64,000 nt of DNA from Azolla caroliniana (GCA_043228905.1 JBHGNT010000008.1:5146001-5210000); one strand, 5' to 3'. Numbered from the stretch's first letter, positions 1 to 13,055 are shown. Numbers and translations are program-made. The notes: generated by a model not told the origin, from the letters alone.

Positions 1-212
1 CTCTCATAGGGGTGTCATTGGATAGAGCCACTGAGAGTTGTTCATGCACATAAGAATCTGTAACATCTGGTTTGATATGATGAGAGAATCTCTGTTACTA
101 AGATATATGGTCTGGTAGCACAAACGAGATTTCTGATTCCAAGATATATACTCTGGCTGTAATATGGTAGTATACTCACATACCTTGTAAATTTAACTTG
201 TTAATTGGATAG

Positions 213-1978
213 GTGATTTGTATACATGGGGCAGAGATGAAGGGGATGGAAGGCTTGGACAAGGGGATGAATTAGTTACAGATGAAGGAGCAGTCAATGT
301 TCCATTGCATGTGTACCTCATGCCAGAGGCAGTCAAAGCAGTGAGCTGTGGAGGCTTTTTCACAATGGCATTATCTTGTGGAGGGAAAGCTTGGAGCTGG
401 GGAGGTAATGACCTCTCTCATGTTATGTCTTCCAATGGAGAAAAAGAAAACTAGTAACAGTAATTGAACTTAATAATAAACTCCGAAAAAAACGTTTTGG
501 TTCTTTCTCATAATACATTCTCATTGTGATAAAGTTGTATGCACAAAAAACTCAAGCCCGTTCTTATGTTTCTATTTGAAACTCAACAACTTAATCCTAA
601 GAGAAAATAAGAATGATTTGCATATATTTTCTAGAGTCTCTTTTGAAGGTGTTGAAAATTCACTCTGATCTATTTTTATACAGCTAATGCTAACTATGAA
701 CTTGGAAGAGGAGACAATCATGCCCGTTGTAAACCGACACTGATTCCTGAGATTGAGAATATGCACATTGTGCAGGTCGCTTGTGGTGGCTATCATTCAG
801 CTGTTTTGACAGGTCCACTTTTCTTTCCATCTCGAATTTATTCTATCTTGTTTTTAAGTTAAGTTAATTTCCTATTGAATTTATTCTGCTTATTGTTAAA
901 ACTGCAACTTCCAATTTGTTCATTCTGCTGTATTATCAGTAAAGATCAAAAACTTCAACCTTAACCGAGATTTGATTGGTTTGTGGTAAAAATGTGAAAC
1001 TTATGAATAGCCAAAGTTGATGGTTATTAACAATTGGCAACAGTTCGGTTCTGTTTGAGAGGGTCCAAACCGAACTGTTTAAACTTTTTGAAATCTGAAC
1101 CAAACCGAGCCACGAAACCGTTAAACCGAGCCGTTAAACTGTAAAAACCGTGGTTTCATGGTTTGGTTTCGGTTTTGAAAATAGGTCAAAATTGTAAATT
1201 GTTTAAAATTTATAATATTTCATTTTTTACAATTTTTACAATTTTTAAGATGTTCCTAAAATGTGAGAATAAGGTCTAAAAATGAAAAGATTGCTTAAAA
1301 ACAATTTTTAAAATTTAAAATTTAAAAAAAAAAAAACTGTTAAACTGTTTAAACCATGGTTTCTGGCTGTTAAAACCAAACCGAACCGAACCATTAAACC
1401 GTTAAGCTGCCGTTTCGCGGTTTGGTTCGGCCGATTGTTAATGGTTATAACTTTTTCATGTGCTTCTGTGTAACATAATGGTGTTTTTATGTTAAAATTG
1501 ATACAGATGATGGGAAGGTATTGACATGGGGTAGGGGTGGTGATGGGCAGTTAGGCCATGGGTCATGGGGAAATGGCAAAATCCCACAGGTAGTAGAAGC
1601 ACTTTCACATCTAAGGATTGTTTACATCGCTTGTGGAAGCTTTTCTACAGCTGCCATTACTGGTAAAAGCTTAAAAAATCAATTGTATTTGTAATACTAT
1701 TTTACCGGCATATTATTGGCTTTAAAAACTACTACTAGTACATTAGGCTATTTATATAACATAATCTGAGAATGATTGTATACACAGACACAGGTATATT
1801 ATATTGCTGGGGTAAGAACAAAGATCATCAACTAGGTTTTCCTGGGAAAATGGATGCGGAAAATATACCTACTAAAGTTACTTTCAACCGATCCAATGAC
1901 TCAGAACAGGATAAAGAGTCATCAGTTATTTCAGTTGCTATGGGAGCTTGTCACGGGATTGGTGTTGTTCTCCATTGA
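213..1978 (+). CDS. RCC1-repeat (UVR8/RCC1-like beta-propeller) protein, 3' part; exons 213-404, 684-812, 1507-1662, 1788-1978; 5' end lies upstream of the window
   Basis: Manually spliced GT-AG exons, all phase 1, give consecutive RCC1 blades: GDLYTWGRDEGDGRLG..VSCGGFFTMAL, ANANYELGRGD..VACGGYHSAVLT, DGKVLTWGRGGDGQLGHG..IACGSFSTAAIT, GILYCWGKNKDHQLG..VAMGACHGIG; stop TGA ends at 1978. Confidence 0.9.
1028..1440. mobile_element. Non-autonomous hAT-type MITE in an RCC1 intron
   Basis: Perfect 8-bp TSD ATGGTTAT (1020-1027, 1441-1448); inverted ends TAACAATTGG.../...CCGATTGTTA; many AAACCG/CGGTTT subterminal repeats; same family as 49200-49706. Confidence 0.85.
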
Positions 1979-4900
1979 GCTTGAGTGAAATATATATGAT
2001 GTAGCCTCCAAATCCTTAAAAAGAAGGAATTTTGATGGAAGTCTCAAGATGAGGCTTAACGATGTGATTGAAACATGCAAAAGAGCATAATTATATGGTT
2101 GTATATTATCTCCAAATTTTGATGATCACCCAGCTGTGTAAAGATATATATATACCCACACACACATATATATAGGAGATATGATGTGATGCATCAGTTC
2201 TGTTGATGGATACCGAGAAAAATAATGTGGTTCCATACAGGATCAAAGCCTAAAACACTAACATCTGGACTGAACAACAGAATCAATTTAGTTTGTCAAA
2301 ATAATGTTGTCTGACAAAATTTGTGGCATAAGCTTGATTGTGGATTGATGATAAGTGTATTTATCTCATGCAGCTGTACTATGAATCATAAACCTCAAAC
2401 TCTCATTCTCTAGTCACTAAGCATTAAATCTAACCCAAAGTTAACTCTAATTGAATTCCTAAACCTACACCTAAAGCATAAAGCCTATCCTTGTAACAAC
2501 ATTAGTTTTGTTGAAATTGTTTTATATAGTCATTATTTATAAAGGTGTGAACATATATAAATGATCAATGTATTTGATTGTATGATGGAAATTCGGATCT
2601 GAATTTTAACTTTAACAATGATATTTCACACTTCATCTATGTATAATTTGTCTCTAGAAAACCATCAATGGCCATTTAAATGAATAATGTGGCTATGAAA
2701 TTCAACTCTAACACTGAAAATGATGTGTAAACCCAATTTTAAATGCTCCCCTCATTGGATTGTAATGTTTCTTGAAGCTATGCAATGACATGGATTGGTT
2801 TAAGAAACATGCTTACTATTATGTAGGTTCGAATGAGTCGTTCAAAGGTTTTGGTAACTCTCAAGGATCTTGTGTTTCCTTTTCTCTTTCTCTCGTTACA
2901 TGTTGGATCTTGTAAAGTGAAAAACATAAAGAGTTTGAGTAATGTGTTAAATAGATTGACAATACACTACTTCATTGGAGAAGATGCATATGGTTGAATG
3001 TATAATGTTAGGGGTGCATAAAATGTGGGGACATAATTAATGCGCAATCAATGTTGTTGGAGTTGCTTGCTGAGCGATCCAAAATTTTCCAATTTTCCAA
3101 ATGATTGTTAATTCTTCTACTTATTGTTCCTAATTCTATGCGGTTTTGTGATTTATGGGCACCCAATATATTCAGTGTTTTTTGCAATAACTCTTGCATT
3201 TGATGGTTTCTTAATCATCTCAATTTTGCAACTAATTGATTTACCAACATTGTACGTTACAAAATTTTCTTTCATATTCAACAAGTTTCCTCCAAAGTGC
3301 TCAAATATATAACTATGTGCCCTTTGTTTTAAAGTTAATCATTTCTTCACATCATAGAGTTCTAAACCATTACACCTTAGTTGTTAATATACAATCAATC
3401 ACATATTAATTGGCGTATAGTTTAAGCCCCCGACTTATTTGGTAAATTTCATTGGTGTTGATGGTATCCATTGGTAAATTGCATAGGTCATACTTTAAGA
3501 TATTACCGTTTTGCAAAACCGATGCTTTGAGAATTAAATTGGGTACTTGGGAATAGAGAAATTTAACTTGAAAGATATGTAAAAGATATGACAAAACCAT
3601 CATTGTGTATAGGTAAGTCCTAGAGAAACTACAGAGGATATGATACGCATGGACATCAAGGAGCGGAAAAAACGAACATAAAGACAAAAGAGAATTGATA
3701 ACATTTAAGGACACCCCTACACTACTTCATTAGTCGAAGTTGAATTTGCTTGAGTTGACGTTGAAGTTGATTGACAATAAATAAACTACATTCATGATAT
3801 AGGCCAATCTCTACTAATACTAACAACTGGTTTTGTAGGTGTCACCGTGTCTGGACATTCTCTTCAGCACATGAAAACATCGTATTAGATGTTAGGGAAA
3901 ATACCAAAAGTACCGCCCACATAAGAAAGGGGACTATAATTTCTACCCCTTTGATTCTCAACAATATTATGATATGCCCCTTGCAAAGAAATTGTCCTAC
4001 TTTTTAATTGTACCCAACAATGACAATAATCACTATTCCAACTTATCATTAATAAAATAGCCACGTGTATATGTAAATATTTATCCTTCATCTTGATTCA
4101 CTTATTTGAATCAGTACTTTAGTGATTCTAATGTTAATCGGTTAATATAACAACAGTCAATTTAAACTTTAGCCAAGGGTATATGATGGTATTGTTAGAA
4201 TTACAAGGAGTGGTTGTTGTATTACCCCCTTGCATGACAGGCACTTCTTATACATTTTATGATAGACAAAATCTCCAAGTACATTGACTGGAATAAAATG
4301 CTCCTTGATGATGATGTGCACGAATGCTTTGAAATCATTTAGGTGTGCCACTGTAGTCTATGAATTCAATCCTTGTTATGTCCATTTATGGTTTTCAGCA
4401 AACAACTGTCTCATGATGTGTGGTTTATGATAAATTATGAGGTGGTTAAAGTCAAAAGACGAAATCACAACTCCATCGTCCCAAATGGATTAAGGAACAC
4501 ATCATGTACGTTATACACACATACTAATGTGAATGCATTTTCTCTAACCTTGGTTCCCTAGCCCGTTTCTTTCCTTGTGTTTCTGTTTTGTCTTTTTGTA
4601 TGCATGGCAAGATTAAAATTTGTGCTTTCCATAAGGTAACATAGGTAATTACAATTATATGTGGAGGGAGAAAACAAATGAACTTTAAAGGTAAAAATTC
4701 CATCAAGGTTGAGACAATCATACCCCACATTGTATTTTTTATCTTGATTTCATAGGAATGCTTCCTATATTTTGTCTTTCCAAGTATTGAGTTACCATTT
4801 TTATCCTTCAATTAAATATATAAGGGTTTTCGAGGAAGACGAAAAAGTGTACAACATCGGTAAAAGGGCAAGTAATCTGCCAATTGACTTAAGTTTGGAT

Positions 4901-5393
4901 CGAGGCTTGCTACACCCAAATGGATTCGCAACAAATATCTATGTACACTTGTTCAACAACACAAACTTATATGTAAACGGAGTCCTCTTAAATCTAGTAG
5001 TATTAATTGTCTTTGGTGGCATTTTATCGTCATATTTTGCGTATTGTTGTCGTCACAAACTCAACTACATGATCCCTTTACTTAATCATGTAACACAATA
5101 ATGCACAATAACAAGCATAATATCCATAAGAACCTCTTACGTACTATGGTCAAAATTCAAAACACAACTTGCATGGCATGTACATGCATTTATATTTTCC
5201 AATAGACATTCCGAGTAGCTACCTGCATCCTTTCATATCTTATAATCATTCAGATAAATGGACACTAACGACCTTTATTTTATTTTAATCTCTATTTACA
5301 TCCTCATCCATTTATTGGATGCACGGGTACATAATCCCACATATTGACATATACAAGCCGACATATGTGGTTCATGGCTATTTATAGTTATTG

Positions 5394-5788
5394 ATAGCAT
5401 TGAAACCGTGTGAGCCATATTGCATACGACCTTGAGATTGTTTTATGGTATGTGAAGCAACACAACTTTTTCTTATAATATCCTAATTATTCTTGTCCCA
5501 ATTTTGGGATCTTGACATAGATTTCTTCAACAAGTCGACAAATAACATCTTGAATGATGTTACATGCATGCATCAGTAATTGTAATCGTATAGCATTGAA
5601 ACCGTGCGAGCCATATTGCATACGACCTTGAGATTGTTTTATGGTATGTGAAGCAACGCAACTTTTTCTTATAATATCCTAATTATTCTTGTCCCAATTT
5701 TGGGATCTCGACATAGATTTCTACAACAAGTCGAGAAATAACATCTTGAATGATGTTACATGCATGCATCAGTAATTGTAATCGTATA
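5394..5788. repeat. Tandem duplication, 2 x 196 bp
   Basis: ATAGCATTGAAACCGTG...GTAATCGT starts at 5394 and again at 5590; about 5 mismatches, 3 of them at CpG sites. Confidence 0.9.
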
Positions 5789-7149
5789 AATGGTTAGAAA
5801 ATTACAGAGCAAATTTCATTTTGCATTGGGATGGATGTTTATTAATAAGTAGCACATATCTTAAAATTCACACATATCAATAACATTACTTGATCAATCA
5901 TATTGTGTACGTCCCCTATTGGCACAGACGAAACATTTTTATATTTACTACCTTAGGTTCCATATCAAAACAAGTAAAGAACGTGACATATGCATAGACA
6001 AGTAAAAATGGTTGGAAGTCTTGTGTGAACTACACATTGTAAAGAACGTGAGTTTGTAGAAACAAGTAGCCCAAAACATGCTTTAAGATCTACTTTGAAG
6101 TTGATGGAGTCTAGACTCACAATCCATAGTGATTTCCAATGAAGCAACCAACAACACATTACAACTATGACAATGTATTTTGAAAGTCTAGACATTAGTG
6201 TTTTGTCATTGGGATGCACGATATGAATCGTAATTTTTGTTTATATAAATACAAAACATTGACAGTGTGTTTCTAGTTTTGTACCAAAAGTACTTCTTTC
6301 ATTCCTGTAGGGACAATTTCTATCTAGAATATTCAAAGTTTATATGATTGGACCTATCAAGAACGATAAGGAAACTTCTATTTAAGGAGCTCGCATTGTG
6401 TTAGCTCGCACCCTCATAGTCCTCGAGTAGATCAAGTGCCTTTGGAAGGTGTGCATTTCTTTGGGGAACTACCAAGATCTCAACCAACGGTAGTTAGCTT
6501 GAAGCATGTGCACATAGAGAGAGAGTCACACACTTGCAATCCCATCAACATAACTTTGGCACTATGGTCAAAACTCTAACAAAGCATGGACGAGCCATGC
6601 CTAAAGGCTAATGCCAACAAAATGAATACCACAAAAATGCTCCAAATTTTTTCCACAAACAACGTTGCAAAACCATATGAAAATACAATTTTGATTTGTA
6701 TGATATTGAAGTAGTATGCTTCATCTTTGTCTAAATAGTTTTATATATTCATGGTCAAAATGTGATTCCCCAATGTCATCATGGAAAACATGGCTATTGG
6801 GGGTAACATTTAATAGTTGAACTGTCAACACTTTATTGATGACGAAGCTTTATGAGAGATTCTTCAGATCCCAATCCATTGTAACAGTCTACAAATTAAC
6901 GTTTTGAAATGTTCAATTCCCCTAATTACTGAAGCCATGCACAATCCAAACCATAAAAGGTGTTTTGAGCATCTTATATGAAGCGAGGGAAACGAAGTCA
7001 ACAAAGACCCTCTGTGGGATGGATATATCCTTGGCACATTACAAACCAGTGAGAGCGGTCTGTTTTGCTGGCTACCACATGTATCTATCTAGTAGTGCAA
7101 TTGATTGCTATAAATCTTCCACCTTGGGAGACATGAAAGGCGAGATAGG

Positions 7150-7228
7150 GAATGCAAGACACTCTCATGACCTACGATGCAAGACACTCTCATGACCTAC
7201 GATGCAAGTCACTCTCATGACCTACGAT

Positions 7229-7261
<33 letters not shown>
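7150..7261. repeat. About 3 copies of a 25-bp unit (GATGCAAGACACTCTCATGACCTAC) followed by a (GA)n microsatellite
   Basis: Directly visible. Confidence 0.85.
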
Positions 7262-7262
<1 letters not shown>

Positions 7263-7266
<4 letters not shown>

Positions 7267-7422
7267 TATGTAACTTAATTGGTAAGGTTGTCCGATGCAA
7301 TCCAAGAGGTCAAGAGTTCAACCCCTAAATTCCATAGTGGCATCTAGTAAATTTAAGAGGGTTTGGGTTAGTGGTGTAACAACTTACCACTAGGGTCAGG
7401 TAATTATGATAAAAAAGAAAAA
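7263..7422 (+). mobile_element. tRNA-derived SINE-like element, copy 1
   Basis: A-box-like TAACTTAATTGG (7271-7282), B-box-like GAGTTCAACCCC (~7314-7325), body shared with 7551-7747 (AGTGGCATCTAGT, GTAACAACTTAC, AATTATGA), A-rich tail. Confidence 0.6.
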
Positions 7423-7550
7423 GGGATTTTTAACATCCAACGAGAGACAGGGCCCTAGCCCATGGTGAGAATCAAACTCAGGTTCTCCCAAGTCTATGAC
7501 TTTTGATGCTGCAAACCACCAAGGAGAGAGACAAAAAGAGACCAACAAAT

Positions 7551-7747
7551 GGATGTAGGTCAGTTGGTAAGGTTGGCCTATGTAGACCAGGTGGTCATAG
7601 GTTCAACCAGTGGCATCTAGTGAATTAAGAGAATGTATGAAGTATTTAATAGACAAGTGAGAAAATTCGGTTTCAAACCCAATCCATAGTGGCTTGTAGT
7701 TGTAACAACTTACTTACCAATGGCGTAAGCAAATTATGAGAGAGAGA
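7551..7747 (+). mobile_element. tRNA-derived SINE-like element, copy 2 (rearranged)
   Basis: A box TAGGTCAGTTGG (7556-7567), B-box-like GGTTCAACC (7600-7608), body homologous to copy 1. Confidence 0.55.
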
Positions 7748-7839
7748 TTTAAATGTAGACTACTACTAGACAGATACCCCATAAGCTAATTATGAGAGAG
7801 AGAGATTTACAAGTAGACTACTACTAGACAGATTAATTG

Positions 7840-8230
7840 GCGAACGAACAAGACCTACTACTACTACTACTACTACACGAACAAACAAGATTGATTGGTA
7901 GATGAACAAGACCTACTACAACTACAACTACACGAACAAACAAGATTGATTGGTGGATGAACAAGACCTACTACTACTACAACTACAACTACACGAACAA
8001 ACAAGATTGATTGACGGATGAACAAGACCTACTACTACTACTACACGAACAAACAAGAGCTATGGATCTATTCTATTCTATGTTATGCGATGCTAAGCTA
8101 CCACCCGTCCAAGACATCCGCCTCCCTACTACTACATGGTCTAACAGGCGTGGGGGTAGACAAGACCTACTATTACTACTTACTACACGGACATGCAAGC
8201 GGGCGGGCGGGCGGACAAGAGCTATGGATT
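7840..8230. repeat. Minisatellite, ~57-60-bp unit GAACAAGACC(TAC)n..ACGAACAAACAAGATTGATTGG, 4-5 copies, upstream of the MBD gene
   Basis: GAACAAGACC recurs at about 7846, 7904, 7960, 8020, with a degenerate copy near 8159. Confidence 0.85.
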
Positions 8231-8774
8231 CCATATCTATTCTATGCTATGTTATGTATGTTATCTATATGTATCTAGAGAGAGAGAGAGAGAGTGTGTG
8301 TGTGTGTACATACATATGTATATATACTAATACACATATGTGTTGATGTAAGGGGGAAAAACGGTGGCCCCAACAAAAAAACAAAGAAAAAACAGATCTA
8401 ACGAACTCCTTCCATTCATTCATTCATTCATTCTTCTTCTTCTTCTTCTTCTTCTTTTTCTGGTCTTTCTGGCTGCTTTTCTTTCTTTAAGCCTACTAGT
8501 TTTGTGTGTGTAAAGAATAAAGAATTTGTGCAGGAGCATTTTAACCATATCCAAAGAAGGAACTCCGCCCCGCGCCCCCCCCCCCCCCCCCCCCCAAGAA
8601 CCAAGGAACGAGAAACACGAAGGAAGGAAGGAAGGAAGCAAGAAGCCATAGCTGCTTCTGCTTCTTTTCTTCTTTCTTTCTTTCTTTCTTTCTTTCTTTA
8701 CCCTCCCTCCCTCCTGTCTCTCTCCCTTTTCCCCAAACTCTTTCTTCTTCTTCTTCTTCTTCTTCATCTCAGCC

Positions 8775-11700
8775 ATGGCGCAATCGGAAGACCTCGCATC
8801 TCCTTCTCTTGAATATGCGCATCGTTCCCTGGAATCAGAGCCTCCTTCGCAGGTCCTCCTCCTCCACGCACCGCCCGGATGGCAGAAGAAGGTTTGTCGT
8901 TTTTCTCCTCCTCAGTAATCTCTCTCTTTCCGCCAATTATTCATTGTTTCTTCTCTGTCATTTATATGCCTGACACATTATCTTTGAAGAATCGCGTTTC
9001 GTTTCTGATCTGACCTCCATTTCTCTCTTCTCATATCCTCTCCTATCGGAAAAGAAAACTGTCTTATTTCTCACACAATTCATCTTCTCTCTACCCCCTA
9101 ATCAGTCTTTTATGTACAGTATGTCTGAAATTGAACGTTTCTTTTTCTTCCTTCTAAGTATTTCTCTCCTAACTCCGTTCTAATTCCCCCGTATTTCATG
9201 CCGAAATTCTCCTGTTTTTTCATGACATTTTGGCCACCGGATTGCAGAGGAACGTTCCTTTCATCTCTCTGTAATTCTCTCTGATATCTTCTTCTGTCTT
9301 TTATGCCGAGATGTGCCTGTTATCCTGCCTAAATGTCCGTTTCTCTCTCAATTTTCCTCCGTTTCATATTTGTCTCCTATGTCTGCACCAAAAATTCACC
9401 TGTTTTTCATGTCGACTTGCACGCAAGATTGCAGAATCATTTCTCTCTAGAATTTAACTCCGTTTCTTCCATTCCCGCGTTATCCTGGGGAAATTCACAT
9501 GTTTTCTTCTTAATTTTTGTTTTTTTTTCTGTCTTTATACCTAAATTCTGCACAATTTTCTGGAAAGAAGGCATCCTTTGCGTTCTTTCTCTTAAAAATT
9601 TCCCCCATCTTCTTTCATTCATTCATTCTTTACATCCTCCCTCCATCTCCATTTACCGATTCTTGGCAGAAAAGGTTTGTTTTTGCCTCATTTTCTCTTT
9701 AAATTAGGCCCCGTTTGTTCTTGCTTTAAATTTTTCTAACACAAAAGAAGCCATCTTTTGAATACTTTCTCTTAAATATTCCCCCCTTTTTTTCTATCCT
9801 GTCTCTGTTTCTATTTACCGATACTTGAAAGAAGAGGTTTGTTTTTTTACCTCATTTTCCCTCTAAATTTAGCTCCCTTAGTGTTTCCTGTCTGTTGTTA
9901 TCAGAAAGTCCCATGTCTACTAGAAATGTCTTGAATCCTTAAGTTCATTTCCATCTGAATTCTTCTTTCTTTCTTCCCGTTTTGCTCAGGGTGTTATTCT
10001 CCGAAATTTCTTGCATTTCTCTCGTTGTCTGTCTCAATTGGGGCATAGAGCATGTTCTCTGCTTTCTGCATTTTTGTAGAAAAACTGCTGTCATAATAAT
10101 TACAATGCATCTGAATTTTGTTGAATGGTCATAATTTAAGCATATTCCTCAGCAGCTGTATCTCTCTTGAAGAAGGATACGTGCTGAATTGCTGTGCTTT
10201 CAAATGTTCCTATGTTCTAGCACTACTATTTACAGGTTGTATTTCTTGTGGCTGTAATTTCTTTATTTAGAAATGCTTGCTGTACGTTTTTCATGCGAAA
10301 GCTTTGGAATCATGACTCAGAAACAATCTAAGTTTCTTGAAAGTAGAAATGTATTACATGACATGCAAGTGAGTGCAGGTTTTTTTCTAAATGGTAAATC
10401 TTTCACATGACTCAGACATTCTAACTTCTTCTTCTTAAGCAAACTCCGTAAACGATCTCCTAAAATAACAAAGACTGAAAAAAATCTCTCGTTATTTTGT
10501 CTGCCTTAACTCCAGTACATTCTCGTTCTGCGACCATACAATCTTTCCTTCATTTCGTACCTTTTACTTTGTGCATGGGATGTACAAGATTATGTACAAA
10601 TTTGGATCGATATTTTGGATTAAATTTGGTGCATCTTCCTTTCCATGTATAGGATATCCTCCTATACGCAAATTAGATTCCCACATGTTTTGATTGCTAT
10701 TTAACATGAGATTTTATCGTCTTTATACTAGCATGACCAAGGAAGAAGTAGATGATCTGTCTCTTTTTGTGAGGTTTTTAATTTTCGATCACCGTTTCTT
10801 CAGCCATTTGTAAGGTTGATTGATACTAAGATTATAAGTCTTGACATCTACATATACAGAATTAAGGATGACTGTAAGCTTATAAGTCCTAGAAATCTAA
10901 GTTTTCTGTATCTGAATGCTAATAACTAAGGCTAACAAATCTGTGATTTAGATTTACACATGCTTAAAAGGATACTAACAAATCTTATTTTTTCAATTTA
11001 CAAAAGGATGCTCCTAACTACTGACCTTTCAAATCTGACTTTTACATTTACAAAAGGATCTCCTAACTACTGCCTTTTCAAATCTTACTTTTACATTTAA
11101 AAAAGGATGGCTAACTTACAAATCTGACATTAGATTTTAAACAACAAAACGTTTAAGCATAAAAAAACCTCGTGATTTGCCAGATTACTTCTACAAAAAA
11201 GGGCGGGAAGAAAGATGTCTCCTTTGTTGCACCGGATGGTGAAGAATTTAAGTCGAAGCGCACCTTGGATCGCTACCTTAAAAATCACGCTGGTGGTCCC
11301 ACTGCATCTGAATTTGATTGGAGCAATGGTATGCTATAATACACTATAGCTATATTTATTTCTCTCAATATCAAATTGTTATGCATATGTTTTGATGCTG
11401 AAAGAAATGCATCATTATATAAGTTCTGACTGGTCAAATTCATTGATTCTGTCATTGCTGACTCATTAAATGCTTGTTGTTGACCTCTAAAATGCATGGT
11501 TACAGTATTATTGGCCAACACTATGCATCGTTATAGTGTTGCTGACTGTTGAAATGCATGGCTGTAGGGTTACTGGCTGATAAAATGCATTGTTATTACA
11601 TTGCTGACAGATAAAGCATATCATTATATTATTGTTAACTGATAAAAATGCATCGTTAATAGTATTGCTGACAGAGAAAATGAATCACGATGGCATTGCT

Positions 11701-12419
11701 GTCTGCTTTCAGGAGAGACACCAACCAGGAGATCATCACGGATAAGCTCTCGGACACCACCTTCTATAAAGAGTTCTGAAGAAGGATCAGCTAAAAAGAA
11801 ACACAGGAAATCTGAAAAAGATGAAACAAAATTAGAACCAATTACAAAGGATGAAGCAGATATTCCTGTGACTATCACAAAAGAGGAAGAAGAGATTGAA
11901 GGAAATGAACATGTACAAGATGAAAAGATGGAAGATGCACTAGAAGTGAAGGGGGAAGAAGAAACTGCCAATGTAGAGGCAAAGGATATAAAAAATGATG
12001 AAATTGTGGAAACAAACGCATGTGTGGAGGAAGAAGTCAAGGCAGCAGAAGCTGTAGAAACAAATGACATGAAAAATGATGAAATTGTGGAAGATACAAA
12101 TATGAAAGACAAACAAGAAGAAGCAGTCAAGACTAAAGAATATAGCAATGTTGAAGATATAGTGCCTGTATTGGCAGCAAGTGAAGCACCTATTGAAGAA
12201 GAGGGTGCTACTACTATTGCTAATGATGATGAAAAGAAAACTGAAGAAGTGCAAATTATGCAATGTGCTGAAAGAGAGTCAACAGAAGAGGTAATTACAA
12301 AGGCTGGTATTGATGAAGCTAATGAGAAGAAGTTTGAGAAAACATCTGATGATGACCTGAATCAGAAGTGCCCTGATCAGTCTCAAAATATCTCAATGCC
12401 TGTTCATGTGAGCACATAA
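8775..12419 (+). CDS. Methyl-CpG-binding-domain protein, MBD10/MBD11-like, ~322 aa; exons 8775-8891, 11184-11328, 11713-12419
   Basis: Spliced frame gives APPGWQKK|ITSTKKGGKKDVSFVAPDGEEFKSKRTLDRYLKNHAGGPTASEFDWSN|GETPTRRSSRIS followed by a long Glu/Lys-rich tail (ORF 11868-12419 is in the same frame). This matches the plant MBD10/11 pattern APxGWxKK..FVAPxGEE..YLKxHxGxP..EFDWxxGETPRRSxRIS. GT-AG introns. Confidence 0.88.
10930..11135. repeat. Degenerate ~45-55-bp tandem repeat (AAAAGGAT..CTAAC..CAAATCT..) in MBD intron 1
   Basis: AAAAGGAT recurs at about 10966, 11002, 11052, 11101. Confidence 0.7.
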
Positions 12420-12849
12420 CAAGAAGAATTTTAAGCACATATTAACATGACATGATTCCAATGTATGATGATGACTTGTAATGTTAACCATTAGGGAAGT
12501 GAAATTAGTTTTCTGATGAGAGGACACCATAAGGTCGCTTTTGGGTTATTACAAGAGAAGTGAATCCTTGTATAAGTTCCCTCGATGAAGAAATGGCACC
12601 ATTGAGGCACTTGGGTGTGGCTTCAAACATTTATGTATTATTTTTAGTTCATAGTAGGCTGTTATTGATGATACTTAATTTTGAGATTATTAACTACAAC
12701 TGACATGACTTCACATGTATTATGATGACTTGTATTGCTAGTAGTTTTTCTTATGAGGAAATTATACCATCTGGAAGCTGTCAGAGAAGGCACTTCTGGA
12801 TAGCTATCAAATAAAGTTGTTTTGGTAATAAAGAGGTATGCTAATTATT

Positions 12850-13055
12850 CACCTAATTAACATGACATATCTGACATGCTCATGAAATCAGGCTTTCATT
12901 GGTTTTAAGGAATTCTGATAATTACCTAAATAACATGTTTTGACATGCAGATATCAGACTTTCATTAGTTTTAAGGAATTCTGATAATTTTACCTAATTA
13001 ACATGGCATGACATGCAGAAATCAGGCCTTCATTGGTTTTAAGGAATTCTGACGA
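12850..13055. repeat. About 3 copies of a ~70-bp unit (..TTCATTGGTTTTAAGGAATTCTGA..) downstream of the MBD gene
   Basis: TTTTAAGGAATTCTGA occurs three times at ~68-bp spacing. Confidence 0.8.

Noticed and set aside
6965-7150. WD40-like peptide HYKPVRAVCFAGYHMYLSSSAID
   Set aside because: A single degenerate motif with no supporting exons; could be chance.
7840-8230. Repeat-spacer-like array (CRISPR-like look)
   Set aside because: The variable parts are (TAC/AAC)n slippage tracts, not unique spacers; eukaryotic context and no cas genes.
8420-8812. Low-complexity ORFs (poly-K/R/G/P/E)
   Set aside because: Translations of (TTC)n, (TTTC)n and poly-C tracts in the MBD promoter and 5' UTR.
11624-12263. 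Minus-strand Ser/Phe-rich ORFs
   Set aside because: Antisense shadows of the Glu/Lys-rich MBD exon 3.
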